A stretch of 64,000 nucleotides of DNA from Rhodosorus marinus CCMP1338. Taxonomy: Eukaryota > Plantae > Rhodophyta. A program made the position numbers and the translations under genes. The stretch is taken from positions 186,001 to 250,000 of the forward strand of contig JAMWBK010000002.1 of NCBI GenBank assembly GCA_029953675.1. The letters run 5' to 3'. The notes beneath the pieces are model-generated. The model was given only the letters and a program-made list of their open reading frames with translations, did no database searches and was not told the origin of the DNA. This document shows positions 41,015 through 54,778 of this stretch, piece by piece. Each line of letters opens with the position of its first letter. Position 1 is the stretch's first letter.

Positions 41015-41809
41015 ACGAACGACCTCACTGAAACGTCCTTAATAAATAACAGAGTCAAAACTCTCCTAAGCATTCAAGCAAGGTCGCTAAAATACCAGGC
41101 TACTACGTCCGCAGCAGCTCACCCACCTTTACAACCTTGCCATAGCACGCACCTCCTCTCTACTCATTTCACAAAAAGAGCTGGCTTCAAAAACGTAGAT
41201 TGTGCACGAAGCTCCACAACATGCCATCCAATATTTCTGCTCCACTTCACCATATATACCTTTTCTACTCTCTCTCTCTCTCTCTCTCTCTCTGTTTCGC
41301 TTGACGTACACGAGCAGACTCGTATCCTCCCAGACTCAATAAAAACAGCCATACGCCCCTTCCTTCTTGTTCATCCAATAGCGGAAAGTGCAGAAGTGCC
41401 ACCCAAAATCCTTGAAAAACGATCTTTCAAACTTGATTATTCCGTTTATCAATGGTGAATATATTTTCTAATAGACCTCGGAATAGTATGAAAAAACTTG
41501 ACCTAGTTTTCGCATTTTTAAAGTTAATGAGTTTTGCAAGATTAGGAGAGATCTATTTTTGCGTTTACGTGGTTTTGTTGTGCAGGAAAACGACTGGGTT
41601 TTGACTGGATCCCTGTGTTGTAGGGATTCAATTGGGACTGTGAATTGATGCAATCGGTGTTTTGAGGGATAAGGGGACTTTGACGAAGGCAGACTGGGAA
41701 TGCAAGAGGGCATAGAGCATAATGGGAGATCATCGGGAATCTAAGGGCTTTATTAGTTTTGACAAAACTCCTACTGACTGATCGTCAACATGGCTACGAG
41801 TCTCGTGCG

Positions 41810-43830
41810 AATAATAAACCCACCGGCGGCGTGCTATGCAAAACACTTTTTTTGCACTGGTGTTCCAGTCTCTTTTTTCCTTGCTCATTCGATACATCGA
41901 GACTTTGAACCCGCCGCGCCCCAAAACCCCTACAGTCCTTTCACGGTGACCCCAGACATTTCGCAACACGTCCAAAAACTAACTCTCCCGACACAGTCTC
42001 AACCCTTCTACTCCACCAAAAAAAAAAAAAAAAAAAGAATCGCACCAAAACCTTCCAGCTACCCCCAAATCCAACGTCATGAAACCAAATAGCAAGTCAA
42101 TAGCGAAGAAGGAATTCCAATGCTGATGAATACATCCCGCGCTCTCTCTACGTGCCCGCCTTCCCCATGAGAGACCCACCCCAGCTCCACTTAACCCCAG
42201 AAGAACTAAAACTGTGTAGGATAAATTTAACAAAAAACAAAACTTCTGAAAGGTATTTTATTCAATCAATATTAGTCAATCATTAAATTGTTGAATAAAC
42301 GAAAATTAATTGACTATCCGTTTCACCGGTTTGGGGCTGTCCCGATTTTATTTCCTCCTCGCAGTAAGCACGTCAGATGTCAGCGCGGATTGTAAGCAAG
42401 AGCAAATTTGGGTTTTCAGTCATTCAGTTGGGAGACGAGATTTTTTAAAACCGTGAATATTGGTAGAAAATAAACCAAAGTATAGGCCGATTTGTTCGAA
42501 CAGATGGAAGCATAAGTTAAGACCGCTCCGAACGAAAATCAAGGGTGTACATAAAAAAAGCAAATACATTGTCTAAATTAAAGTTTATATCTACGTTTGA
42601 ATAAAATAATTACATCTTTTCCTTAAATAAGAGCTATATTGCTCTAATTATGTACCCATTTGGACTTCAAGTTTGTGCTGTTGAGTATCTAAATAATGCC
42701 GAATGTGAGTCTTAAATAAGTTCATGGGGCTTGAGTGGACCAAAACAGACGCAAAAAGTCAAAACACCTCGATGCTCTTCTCTGTCTTCTAATTATAGTT
42801 TAATATCACATAGATAGCTTTCGGCTAAGTCATTGGGAGGAAGAGAAGACTATGTCGTGAAACGAACGATACCTGCGTGTCACTACACTGAGTAAAAAAG
42901 GGCAACAACAAAAAATCGGATAGCGGTTTGGTCCTAGCTTTGGATGGGTCCCGGTGAGTTTTCTCCCAAGTGTTCTCCGGATTTTGCACCCAATGGCCTT
43001 CTTCAGAATGATTTCGACGGATTAGTTCCGACCGAGAACGACGTAAAGTCCATACACTCCTTCACGTGACCCCGGACGTAGTCCCTTTGTGGTTAACCAG
43101 AAAACTAACACCCACGGGTGACTGTCGAACAATTACTGCTGGGTCCTAGGACAGGGAAAGGGAATGGGCAGGAGCGCGTGACTGTCCCTTTCTGATTTAT
43201 TGTAAAAATGACAACCCGCTGCGCGGGATGCGTGGTTTCTGATGGATGGGTGGAAGGAGTGTGTTTTCGCTGCTTAGTTGGAGGATTATATTTGCGGCTG
43301 CGTGGTTGCTCATGGATGGGTGGAAGGAGCGTATTTTCGCTGCTTAGTAGTTGGCGGTTTATATGTGAAGGAGTGTTCTACTAGGAGATTCCGCTGAGGT
43401 AATGAAAATCGCCTATCGACTGATCATCCAAAATCGCCACGAGTTCCACGCAGAAACGACACCCACAGGCGGCTTGACAGTTAAAAGATCTTTCGCACCG
43501 TTGTTTATTTTTATTTTTTACCATCCCGTTCTCCCTTTATTTTTATCACTCGATACATCGAGTACTTCATTTAGGGAAAACCCTTGCTCTCCTTTCACTT
43601 GAACCCAGACATCCGCACCACGTTCTAAACTCTTCGAACCCCTCCCGAGCTTCTCTTCCTCCAAACGAAGAAACACCAAATGTTTTCAGCTCCATCCAAT
43701 CCAACACCATGAAATCGAATATCAAGTCAACAGCAAAAGAGGAGTTCCAGAGCGGGCGAATGCATCCTTCCCGATGCTTTTCATCTTGGCTGTAATATAC
43801 CCACCAACCCAAGTCCTTCAGCAACGCTTT
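41810..43830. repeat. Dispersed diverged duplication (~41810-42200 and ~43450-43830)
   Basis: Shared cactcgatacatcgag-like and ccaa.tccaac..catgaaa.c.aata.caagtcaa.agc.aa.ga.gga.ttcca blocks. Confidence 0.65.
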
Positions 43831-43959
43831 GCACATCCGCAACCTTTACTTGGCAGCTGCCTAATGCCGGGCAACACTGGTTCCATCACTATCGAAGGGG
43901 AAGGTCAGGTTAAACACGCTACCGAGGTCTCATGATACTCCCAAAAGAAAAAGTGGAAG

Positions 43960-44450
43960 CAATGTATTGTCCAACTGGTCAGCACGGAGAGCCCCTATCT
44001 CGACCTCCACGCTCCCTTTGCACAGTGTCCTGTTCAACTGAGCTCGCACATCTCGCAGCTCGCTTGGTCCTGTTCAGTACATGCTTGAAGCCGTCTCGCA
44101 AGAATTCTTGCGTCAATCGTCCTGTGTGTCCAAAAGTCTCGATCTCTGGTGGAATGAACTTGTCATCTGGTTTTCGGATAGACGCCACCACCCTGTAGTG
44201 CAAATGTTTAGAGTTTTCTGCGAGTTTCGCCATGTAGCCGTTCTCGACCTTGCTCCTGTTGAGGCCCTTCCCCTGACAGTGCGAGATCACTGGAACGTCC
44301 AGGGCAAACCTTTGGGAAGGTCTCCGGATGGGTGGCAATAATATCCGGCCGCGGCTAGTAGTACTCAAAAAGTAGTTTTCCCCTTTTTCGCTTAATTTCA
44401 GGCGAATTCCACCGGTTGAGCAACAGAGCCAGTTATTTGCAGATTTCGTC
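43960..44450 (-). mobile_element. Decayed RLE C-terminus of a further CRE-like family (D)
   Basis: KPDDKFIPPEIETFGHTGRLTQEFL..ASSVEQDT; the same motif recurs at 50400-50640. Confidence 0.5.
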
Positions 44451-45414
44451 GTGCCTGTGCTGCCAAAGCCCAGTCGAGATGGGGCGATCTTGTAAAGGTT
44501 GCACACATTTAGCACTGTGGGTTTTAAAGTGCGTGGTAGACTTCTCACTGGTGCACAATCCCGGAATCGGCAATCCCAACAGCACCAGACCGCATCCGTT
44601 GCGGACCGAATTCGGGCGCGATCTTCGGGAGAAATTGTCTGGTATGTCACTAAGCGTTGGAATGCGATATGTTTTGCCTCTCGAGAGAGATTTTGTTGAA
44701 TAGAACCATAATTCGAGGGTTGGTGTAGCGGGCTTTTATCTGGGCTTAAGGAGCTTGAGCCAGGTGAGCACCTGGAAAGGCGACGGACTCATTGTGAGGG
44801 TCTCACGTTCTTCGTTGGGTGGCAGCGTCAGTTCGAGTATTTGCGTTCGTGATTCGTCAGTAGAGCAGATTAGTCTGCGCAGGCGTTGTGTATCGGGGGC
44901 AGCGTCCGTAGAGCTACTCTACGTTGGTACTTTGGTCAACGTCTCGCCCCCTGGTCGGCGCGGAAGGGTCTGTTTCAATTCCCAGTAGAAGGCTATGGGG
45001 TGGATGCAGTTCCGGGTAGAAAAGCCCAGTCCACGCCATCTGATAGGCAGTCCTTTCGTAAAGCGTTCAAGGTAGGCCGATCTGGCCATGGATCTAACCC
45101 AAAAGAGGGAATTATCTTAGTAAATTTAAAAAAAACAATGTAGAACAATTAGTTCAATCAATACAACTCAATCATTACTCAAATTGAACAAATGAAAAAC
45201 TATGTAGACTATTGATGACAGATTGCCCGTCTGTCCCAATTCTGTTTCTGCTACTGGATAAGCACATGTCCGATTGCGAAGGCGGTTTATAGTGGTACTC
45301 AAGTTGCTGCTTTTACTGAGAAAGAATATTATACAATCTCTACATGTGAATATGTACAAATAAATAAGTGGAATGTACTCACAACCCCAGACGCTTCCCA
45401 CTCACTCGCAATAT

Positions 45415-46440
45415 TTAGACATCTGAAACCGCTGAATCCGCCGAGTAAGTAGACTTCAGCGAGCTACTCAGCTTGGCTGTGGACTGGCCTTGTTCGAGGT
45501 TATCAATGGCTTCCCCAACAATGGTCACATCGCAATCCTCTGGAAGACTCCAGGTAGGCCCTTCGTAGCCCGCCACTATTCTGCTCGGCTTCACATCTGG
45601 GAAGCAAACTGCACGGAAATTCTGCCAACCCCTCTTCGGGTAGGGGTTCCCGTGTTCGAAGGTCTTCTTATTCCTCTCCGCAACAGTCGTATTTTTCCAA
45701 ATCAGTCGCAAGTGAATGACCAATAGTCTCACACAGAAGAACGAAAACCAGACATTGATAAATAAGTAGATGAACAGTAAAAACGTCCCATCCGTCTTCA
45801 GCGCAGTCCCAAAGGCCTCCGCGGGGCTCAAGTTTTGTGAGCTCTGAAGTGAAATGCTTTCCCATGTTATGGCCAAGATGACCATGGGGAAACCGAATGC
45901 CATGGACGCCAAGTAGGACATAATGAATTTAAGCAAGTAGTGGTAGTTTCGAGCGCCCACACAGTTTCCAACGTAAGGGCAGTGATGGTCGAACTTTTCG
46001 ATGCAGTTGTCACATTTTCGGCAGTGATGTGACCGTGGAGGGCGCCAAATCTGGCATGTTCCACAAAATTTCATAATCGTCGGAACTCCGTTCACTTCCA
46101 CTAGTCGCACTGCATTATCTGATTCTGGAACATCTTCCGGTGAGGTTGTCCCTCTCGGCAGAATGCCGGGGTCAGTCATAGCCGCCAGCGAAACGAAGAC
46201 CAACGTGCAAGCCGACAGCAGGCATGTGGTCACGAGGAAAAAGATCCCGACTCCCAGATGATTCTCCACCAGCCACCATCCGGCGATGAGTGAGGACCCT
46301 AAAATTGAGCTCGTAAGCCCGAAAACCACCACCAACCACCGCCAATAATCCGGTCCTAAAACCACCCTCTTGTTCCACCCAAACTTGCTGTTCCCAGCAG
46401 TAGCTTCCGCCACCCCCTTTTCCACATCTACATCTGCCAT
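45415..46440 (-). CDS. DHHC-type protein S-acyltransferase
   Basis: CGTCQIWRPPRSHHCRKCDNCIEKFDHHCPYVGNCVGARNY; DPG motif; four TM segments; TTxE motif (NTTVAE). Confidence 0.95.
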   Translation of the reverse strand: MADVDVEKGVAEATAGNSKFGWNKRVVLGPDYWRWLVVVFGLTSSILGSSLIAGWWLVENHLGVGIFFLVTTCLLSACTLVFVSLAAMTDPGILPRGTTSPEDVPESDNAVRLVEVNGVPTIMKFCGTCQIWRPPRSHHCRKCDNCIEKFDHHCPYVGNCVGARNYHYLLKFIMSYLASMAFGFPMVILAITWESISLQSSQNLSPAEAFGTALKTDGTFLLFIYLFINVWFSFFCVRLLVIHLRLIWKNTTVAERNKKTFEHGNPYPKRGWQNFRAVCFPDVKPSRIVAGYEGPTWSLPEDCDVTIVGEAIDNLEQGQSTAKLSSSLKSTYSADSAVSDV

Positions 46441-48612
46441 GGTTCTTTTCACTCCGACTTACTCCCTTTCCAGGAACCCTCTCTCATCCCCACCAAATTC
46501 GAAACTCCCCAGAACCCCCCGCGCCTCCTGTATCCTAATCTACTAGTTCCAAGCCCCCCCACCCGATGAACAATCGTTGAACAACTTCTAATCCCATTAA
46601 GTAGCCTCAACGACGACTCCTCAATAGCAAACTAAACTCTAGTTTTCCACTCGCCCTCCCAAATACTCTCTAACCCCACCTCTCCGTTCCCTAACCGACT
46701 CCGAATGTCGATGCATCGACTTTTGCTTACCCTCAAAACTCGCCAGAGCGCCCTCATGGACTGACGTCAAAAAAAATTAAAAAATCAAGACAAATATACG
46801 TTAAGAAGGATAGAAGTCATTAAAAACATAAATAAAAAAAAGTGCACCCATACAAAACCATTATTTTTTAAACAAAAACCTTAATTTATTCATATTCATC
46901 CATCCAAATGAAACCCTTTAAAGGAGAAATTTTTGGTTTGTCCATAGCCCCATCTGAAAGTAGTATTGTTTTTTTCAAACTAAATCTAATAGTCGCCCCA
47001 ACTATGTGACGGAATTTCTCTATAGATAAAATACACCATCATCGTCACATAGTAGTTCGTTCACTTTGAGACCATCAGCGGGCTTGGTGTTTATTTGTGT
47101 TTTTTTATGAAGAAAGGAAATTACTGTTTACGGGCGCAAACTACTTCAGAGCTAGCTTTCTGGGGCTTCTTTGGGAAAAAGAACGAAAATGGATATTTTA
47201 GAGTATCGAGGGAGAGATTTGGTTTTTTCCTTTTTGCCTTTGCCAACGGTAATAAATAGTTGGTAAATTTTGACCTGTGCAAGTTTCCCGGTTAGAGGGA
47301 TAGGTGTGTGTTCCTCCTGGGGGGGGGGGGGATGTGATATGATGTGTAGAAGAATGTTAAGACGTGCTTATGTGTGAAGTTCGTGGGTTCTACTTTATGA
47401 TAGGGCGGGAGAATGGAGAAATTTGAGTTGGTTGGCGGACTTGTTCGACAAGAAAAATCGTTCAAAACGCGAAAGGTAAACCCTGAAGAGCGAGTCCGTC
47501 GAGGAAAGGAAGGTACCTCCCCTTCCTATCTCCAAAAAAGCCTCTGCCATGCAATGGTTCAGTTATGAGCCAGTGCGTGTGAGGGTTCTCCTAACGGGCG
47601 AGAAGACAATTGAGTTCCGGCATAAATATATATCATTCGCGCACGGCGATTTCCCGAGTAGCGTGTCTTTTTTTCCTTCATTGTTTGCTTCTCGAGTCTC
47701 TTTGTCAGGCAGGAGGGCCTTGTCAAAGTGGTCGTGGTAGTGGTGGTGGTGAATTTACTATGACCTAGTAGATTACAGTTTGGCTCTCTTGTGTTAGTGA
47801 TGTTTTGGAGTTAAATTTGAGTTTAAGGGACATTTATCTGCTTTGAGTACAAGCTGATTTTGCTATTTTCTTGCAAAAGAACTGTTAGATTCGCTCCTTG
47901 GTCGTTTTTACTACGTATTGGATGAAATGGAGCGCACTCTTTGGACAGGTCATGTCCCGAGTGAAGATTGGTTGTACACGGCACAGGAGGCAAGAGACGG
48001 TGGGGACAACGGGCATTGCTTTTACGATCAAGCCCCCAAAGAGGAAGTACTGGTTGTCCCGGCTGAGTCACTAAGGCTGGTTGAAATCGATTGGAGAAAG
48101 GCCCCTTCCATTGGGAAGCAACTTGGGTGACAACAATTGTACGGGTTCCCCTACCCAGTGGGTATTGAGGCATTGGGGGTGACCGGCGAGGGAGAGAATA
48201 ATTGCTCCTAGCGGTTGACGAAAATCGTTTCTGATTCTATGCAGAGTCATACATGTGAACTGGACACACGACGGTGAGTGGGTACGACGTGTAACCTACC
48301 AGGAGAAGATTCTCAGGAGTGGGTTCCAACGTCGTATTTATTATGTATATATACAATGTACTCGTAGTATTTGCACCCTATCACAGCCAGGGACATTTAG
48401 ACGAAACCCCGCAGAATCAAGAGAAACTACAATGGATACAGTTACACTGGGTGCAGCAACCCGCCTCCCCTTTCCCCCCCACAGGAGCAAGTACTAACGT
48501 TCTCCCATGGTTTCCGTACATTTTCACAACCGAGTCCGTAAGCCTTTGTAACGAAAAATCTGTCCCCTCTTTCCAATTCCCCTCCTAGCTCCTGTCCGCA
48601 ATCCCGTCTGCG

Positions 48613-48703
48613 CTCCCGTCCTCACACTCCCGTCCTCACTCCCGTCCTCACACTCCCGTCCTCACTCCCGTCCTCACACTCCCGTCCTCACTCCCGCCCT
48701 CAC
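48613..48703. repeat. Minisatellite alternating ctcccgtcctcaca / ctcccgtcctca
   Basis: Directly visible 14+12 bp period. Confidence 0.9.
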
Positions 48704-48921
48704 TTTCTCCTTCAAAATCATTATTCCTGTACGATGGATGTTCCCCGAAAACGACCTCTTCCTATTTTGTTTCAAATTCATGGTGAGCACATGTTGCGAT
48801 CGGACAGTTACAACCAATTAGATTTACATATATTTTGTGGACGAGGAAAAAAAAAAAGACGATGGAGGACTCTCGAGGAGGATTCGTCTCAACGAAGAGC
48901 GGCAGCTTCGTCCCATCTGAA

Positions 48922-48965
48922 ACAATGAATGAATTGGTTTAATCGGCGGCCGAAAGAAAAAAACC
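48922..48965 (-). mobile_element. Isolated CRE family B terminal tail
   Basis: Minus strand ttttctttcggccgccgattaaaccaattcattcatt. Confidence 0.6.
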
Positions 48966-50399
48966 GTGTGGAGGAAAAAAAAAGGATCGAATTCTATGTT
49001 GACAAAATTACCTTTTCTTTCTAAGGTCGGTAAGTCGTTCAAGTCTAAGTTTTCCCTGATCTCGTCAGCTATTTCACAAGAAGAAGAAAGATCAGGTCAT
49101 TTTCCTCAGCGCTCCATATTTTATGATAGTGAATACCGAAATTGTGATCGTAGTCGGACCAAATCGAGTAAATTTTCCGGCACCACGTTTTTCGACGATT
49201 CAGGTACTTTTGTCATACTAATATAAATACAGGTAAAATAGATAATAAGACAAAAATCGGTTGGTGCCCACCATTCACGCCATCTGCCGCACGGGAAAAC
49301 AGTACTAAAAATTGCGGTAATAATTAGAAGAAACAAAATACATCTGAAAATATATTGATAATTCATAGTAGCTCCAAAGTCCAAAACAGAGAGCTTAGTA
49401 CATAAACAATAAGAGGAAAAAAAGGGCTTTTCGTAACCTATTTTGTATGAAAGAGACGACTGCCCTTACTGCTTTTTGGTTTTCCTTTAATTTCAAATAC
49501 CTAATAATCCAATCCGAGAAAAATCGTCGTTTTGGTTGTAAATTACGGGTGGGGATGCTTGTTTCCAAGAAAAGAATGTAATTGGTCAATCAGGATCAAT
49601 ACGTCTTTTTTATTGGGAGAACATTAGTTGAATATTTTTAATAATGAAATATTTCTATATTAAATATGTAGGAAACACCTTCGATTGGCCTGGACGGAAG
49701 CGCATGGTGATATAGTTGAAATCCGAGCGGTGAGTGAGCAAGGTCGACAGAGAAGGAAGCAGTTGTACTTGCGGTAAGAAGACATTCGTTGATAAGTAAA
49801 GCACGTGAGACTGACCGTGCGCGATCAAAAGTGTCAGCTGAATTGGTTGGATTTCCTGGTGCCCAAAAAAAACTTTCTTGTAGAGGGGTATCTCATTTGC
49901 AACGACGACGATCAAGGCCAGCCAGTATTGCAGTCTCGCAGGATGCTCAACCTCATCGAAATTGCGAAATTTTCGTTTCCCAAAAATGCTTTCCTTGAGG
50001 GTATCTCACGGTCAACTGCCTCCATCAGCCGCCTGTGCTTGCCGAGGATGGCGGTTATGGTAGCGTCATCGAAACTTGCACTTAAGGCACTTAAGAAAAT
50101 CTGCTAGACGCCATGGCCAACTCCATGGGAAACTTCCATATGTGGACTTGGTTTTTCTTTGTCTGGAGCAGCAAAGTGCGTCGAATCTGTTTGCTCTGTT
50201 CGTTGATCGCTAATAGCACCCATGATTCTCTGGCCCTAGCTACTTTGGAGCAATATGCGTGCCCTTAAGTGGGCAGCTGCTGCAGCAGTGTATGGATTCT
50301 AGCATTGCCTAAGGGGTGATAAAGTTCAGGTTACCCGCCACCAGGGTCTCATTTTAGGCGTGAGGACAAAGAGAAGGGATTGCCCAGCTGATCCAGGAG

Positions 50400-50640
50400 C
50401 AGAGGCCCTGTCGCAAGCTCTGCGCTCCCACTCAAAGTGTCTTGTTGAGCTGAGCTGGCATGTGCCTTCGCGTGCTTGCACCTATGAGCAGAAACTTCCT
50501 TAGTGAATATTCCCGTGAGTCCAAAGGTCTCGATCGTAAGTGGGATGAAATTTTCATCTGGTTTCTCAGCCGCCATAGCCTCCGTGTAGCGGGCCAGATT
50601 CCACTTTTCAGCAAACTTCTTCGCGTATCCATTTTCTTCC
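50400..50640 (-). mobile_element. Decayed RLE C-terminus, family D
   Basis: KPDENFIPLTIETFGLTG..ASSAQQDT. Confidence 0.5.
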
Positions 50641-53284
50641 CGGTCCCGGTTGAGGTGTCTAGCTTATTGGGGTGGGACGGCTAGGCGTTGAAACGTCTCC
50701 GTATGTGAGCACTGATGTCTGATCGCAAGCGGTACTAGTATCAGCCATATAAGCCCCGGTTCTTGTTGAATATCAAAACAGTTCCACCGCTTCAGCCATC
50801 TCGAGCAGTTAAACGTGCATATTTCGTCGTATAGCCGCCATCAAAGTCAAAGTTCGGTCGAGGTATGACAGTGATACATGTTTTGTACGCCGCTAGGACG
50901 AAGAGTATTACGACAAGCAGTGCAACTAACCGAGAACTGGCGCTAGTTTTCTAACCGAAAGCTCATGTGGACTCAAGAAAAGGGGCAAGAACTGTAGGAA
51001 CAAATTCGACCACCGAACTTTCAGCCAGATGTCAAACCGCAGAGACGCTCAGTAGCATAGAACACTGCACAAACTAGACGTGAAGCCTAACACTCGTGCT
51101 GAGCTTATCGAAATTCGAAGGAAGTCGCTTCGACAATTGGTCTGAAGCCCGTAATTTTAGTACAGGCAGAACCAGTGTCACCTTTTGGTCTTTCTGCTAT
51201 ACGAGCGTGTATCCCGTCTCGACCGTGTGAAGTCTAATACAAACTTCATAGCGATCGATCCGGTAACGAAGAAATCATGAGGAGCGCGGGGTCGCTAAAA
51301 ACTGCATCCAGCTTGCAACCCAGTTGTTTACAGCTCCGTAGACGGCTTGAGATCAGCAATCGCACAAAAAGGAGGGGAGTTCATAGTCTATCGCACAAAT
51401 GCATCAATACAAAATAAAATGGATGAGTTGTATGTTGAAAATTCACCCCGAGCTGTGGAGTGGTAGCATAAAATCTTCTATAGCGGAGACATGACCATGT
51501 CGACCATACTGAAGGGCAAGGAGAGGGAAACTACGAACGCAGCAACGCATAGGTGATCAGCCGCTTTGTTCGGCTGAAGAATAGCATCACCGGAAACAAA
51601 AGAGCAACCGCACTGGGTAGTCTAACGAGTACTCTGTCCAGTATTTTCAGCGGTTTAGCCGTTGTAAAGTCCGTAGGGCCTAACCCACCCCACCATCCCA
51701 AACCGAGGCCTACTCCCCATCTCTGGGCTGGAGCATGCCTCGCACTGAACAATCTCTGTCATAAAACTTGCTTTGAAATGAACCAGAATAACACTTTATA
51801 GTCAGTTTATAGCTTTAATTTGTCGCACGATAGCTAATTATATTAAAATTACAAATATTGTTGATTCAAATCTACTAAAATATGTGGAATAGGATCATGT
51901 TGTTGCTGCGCATACCTCCGCATGAGCGGTTTTGCGGTTCCTGCCGCTGCTGCCTGGGTTGCACCGTGAACAGGGGCGATTGAACAAACTACTAGCGACG
52001 CAAAGCGTGAGAGAACTTGACCTTTTGCGAGTCTTTTTTACTGAAACTCTTTTTTTCAACGCCTCATTCCATGATAGTTCCCGTTCTGCCAGCATTGCAT
52101 TCCGACAGCGAGAAAATTTCAAAGCAAAAGACCATCAACACTGGATAGTGGGGCCTGGTGTTCTGCACATCTTCAGCAATGTGGAAAATGTTTGCGTTAG
52201 CGTGGGCCCCATTTTCTGCTTGGATGTGCGAGCTCAAGCCTTTTGGAAAGTCTGGATGCAGAAGAAGGTTCAAAGCTAGTGAATCTTCCCATAATTTCAG
52301 CCGTTTCTTATACCTGGTTGCTGCGAACAGTATCGCACGGTCATTGATCTCAGAGGCACGATTTCACATCCGGATTCCATCCGAAAGCATTTGAAAAACC
52401 CGGAATCGCCGTGTCCTGAGGGTGTCATTTTCAGCCAGGACCTTCAGAGGATCTACCGTGTTTGTTTGATTTTGGCAAAAAGAACCGATTAAGTCCATGG
52501 CCTGAGACTCTAGCAGTTGACATCGCCTCTGATGCGACAGTCCTGAGCCTGGGCATGGGAGTACCCACGGACTAGGGAATTGTATGTGGTAGAGTCCTTG
52601 AGCCGTACTAAGGTGTACGACGTCGGAAAACTTTCCCAGAGACGTCGAGAGAGAACTTGGAGGCCGTTATCAACTCGATGCAACCATTGGCCATCCAAGT
52701 TCACGTCTACATCACAGCTTATGTCTTGCGCAAAGCGCTTCCAACGATAAACCCCATTCTGTGGAGCGGAAACTTTGGGTCCCACTCCATAGGGCTGAGA
52801 GTACCACTAGTCTTTCTTTAGTTAGAGTTTACTGATGAGTTAGTAGTCACCCACTTATGACTCCCCGTGCCCTCGCCCAGAACATCCACTCGAGGTCATT
52901 AATGTTCCACTAAATCACCAACAAAAAACAAGATGAACAGATTTCTCAAGCAGTATCGAGGACAGACTGTCTCAGACGATTCTAACGGACAGACTGTCCA
53001 CAACAGACTGTCCAATGACCAATTATTTCTATTTTATCAAAGCTGGCAAGCAGACCAGCGATAGAAAAGAGAGTTTGATGGCGGATTGATTTTATTTCCA
53101 ATTTTATTTTCCTTTTTTTTGTAAGGGGGACGAAATATTTTAATAAGAGTGTTTTCTGCGGGTTAATTTACTATTTAATTTTTGGGTTTTGATTGATCCT
53201 AAGTCTTGATGTGTGACTCGGGGTGGGTAAGAGGGTTTGTTTTTCCAAAACTTTTTCTAAGTGATATTTTTGTTGAGGGGTTGA

Positions 53285-53415
53285 TGATGTGTGATGTGAT
53301 GGGTGAAAGTCTTCTGTTGACTTGTGATGGGATGGGTGACGATAGTCTCTCTTGTTGACGTGTGATGTGATGGGTGAACTGTCTCTTGTTGACGTGTGAT
53401 GTGATGGATGAAACT
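53285..53415. repeat. ~33-bp tandem repeat, about four diverged units
   Basis: ttgttgacgtgtgatgtgatgggtgaa recurs. Confidence 0.8.
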
Positions 53416-53926
53416 CAGGGTTTATGAGCTTGGAAAAAAAAGATGTCGAGGGGAGAAGAGAACAGGGGCTCCGGAAAGAGGACATAAAAGGGTTCTCGTC
53501 TTCTGTGGTATGTGTTAGTTGGGGGGAAGAGGAGAAGAGGAGGAGGGGGAGTATGATTGGATTTTGAGCAGCTTTTTTAAAGGAGGAGAAGAGGTATAAG
53601 AGCTTGAGGGAGGGGAAGAGGTGGAGAAAAAGTATAAGAGCCTGAGCGAGGAGAAGAGGTATAAGAGCCTGAGGGAGGTTTCGGTGGGTGAGATGGGAAG
53701 GTGAATGAGAAAGGACTGGAGAGGCAATTTTTGGGAGTGGTTTGTGGAGGTAAGGACGGGGTGTTGCTGGTTTCTAGGTTTTTGAGGTACGCTGGGAGGG
53801 TGGTTTGTGGAGGGAGGGGGAGATCTGGGGGGAGGGCAGGATTTCGCCAGTGCGAAGCAGATTGGAAAAAAAGTTACGAGCGGTTTTGGTTGTGGGTGTT
53901 GGAGGTGAGAAGGGACAGGCAGAAGA

Positions 53927-54778
53927 ATGGAGGGTAACGGTGAGAAGGATGGAATGATATGGCGAGGTAGTAGTTCCGGGTCAAATTGGAATTCAGCACG
54001 GAGGAGGTACATGTGCGTTGGCGCCACCGTGATTTTGGGGGTTAGTGTGTTAATTTTGAATTATGTGTTTTTAAAAGGGAATCGGTATAATGAGGGGCCG
54101 GATAAGGACGTGCCTTCCTTCGAGGGAAGCCTTGAATCAAAGATGTTGAATTTCACATACGGAACTATCCATGCGTTGGAATTTGGTAGCTCGGATGAAG
54201 ACGTTCAGGTGTTTGCAATTCATGGAATGGACCATGAGACTCAAAGCGCCGGACATTGGGACCCACTTTACGGTATGCTGAAGAGCATAGGATCATTTTC
54301 GACGTTTGACGCACCTGGCTACGGAGAATCTACAGTCAAGTCATACTTTAAGAGCATACCAAGGTTCGTTGGCGCTTTAGGATTGTATGAGGTCATGAAG
54401 GATAGGGGCATTGAGGATGCGAGCAGTGGGAAGCGCGTTGTGCTGGTGGCCCGAGGTTGGGGTGCCGAAGTGGTTATGGGATTGCTCCGTGAGTATGAGG
54501 AGCTGAGAGATGTAGACTTTAGGTTCATTTTCATCGCTCCGACGCCCGAGTTCAAATTCTTCCACCATTATTTGAAGGAGATTTTCAAATCTGCGAAGGG
54601 GCTGATTATTTGGGCTGAGGACGATCCAGTGGTGCCGATGAACTACCGCAAGTATGTCAAAAAGCAGATGCCGCAGATGGAACAAGTCATTCTGCCCGGG
54701 ATCAGCTCGCATTACCCCGAAACAGCGTACCCGGGGACTGTTTCTGACGCCATTCTCAAGTACATGAAGGAGCAGTAG
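53927..54778 (+). CDS. Type II membrane-anchored alpha/beta-hydrolase-fold protein (ABHD14-like), nucleophile position Gly
   Basis: N-terminal TM; AIHG, DAPGYGES, LVARGWG, IFIAP, IIWAEDDPVVP, SHYPE..P. Paralog at 62287. Confidence 0.85.
   Translation: MEGNGEKDGMIWRGSSSGSNWNSARRRYMCVGATVILGVSVLILNYVFLKGNRYNEGPDKDVPSFEGSLESKMLNFTYGTIHALEFGSSDEDVQVFAIHGMDHETQSAGHWDPLYGMLKSIGSFSTFDAPGYGESTVKSYFKSIPRFVGALGLYEVMKDRGIEDASSGKRVVLVARGWGAEVVMGLLREYEELRDVDFRFIFIAPTPEFKFFHHYLKEIFKSAKGLIIWAEDDPVVPMNYRKYVKKQMPQMEQVILPGISSHYPETAYPGTVSDAILKYMKEQ

Noticed and set aside
47001-47053. 11-bp inverted repeat actatgtgacg/cgtcacatagt
   Set aside because: Isolated, no TSD or second copy in the window.
47540-48590. 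Gene suggested by a GA-rich leader and several 60-90 aa ORFs
   Set aside because: No recognisable motif and no consistent exon chain.
51895-52400. Decayed hAT transposase (KR..LWED.LAL..LLHPDF)
   Set aside because: Only a short resemblance; broken frames, no catalytic motif or TIR.
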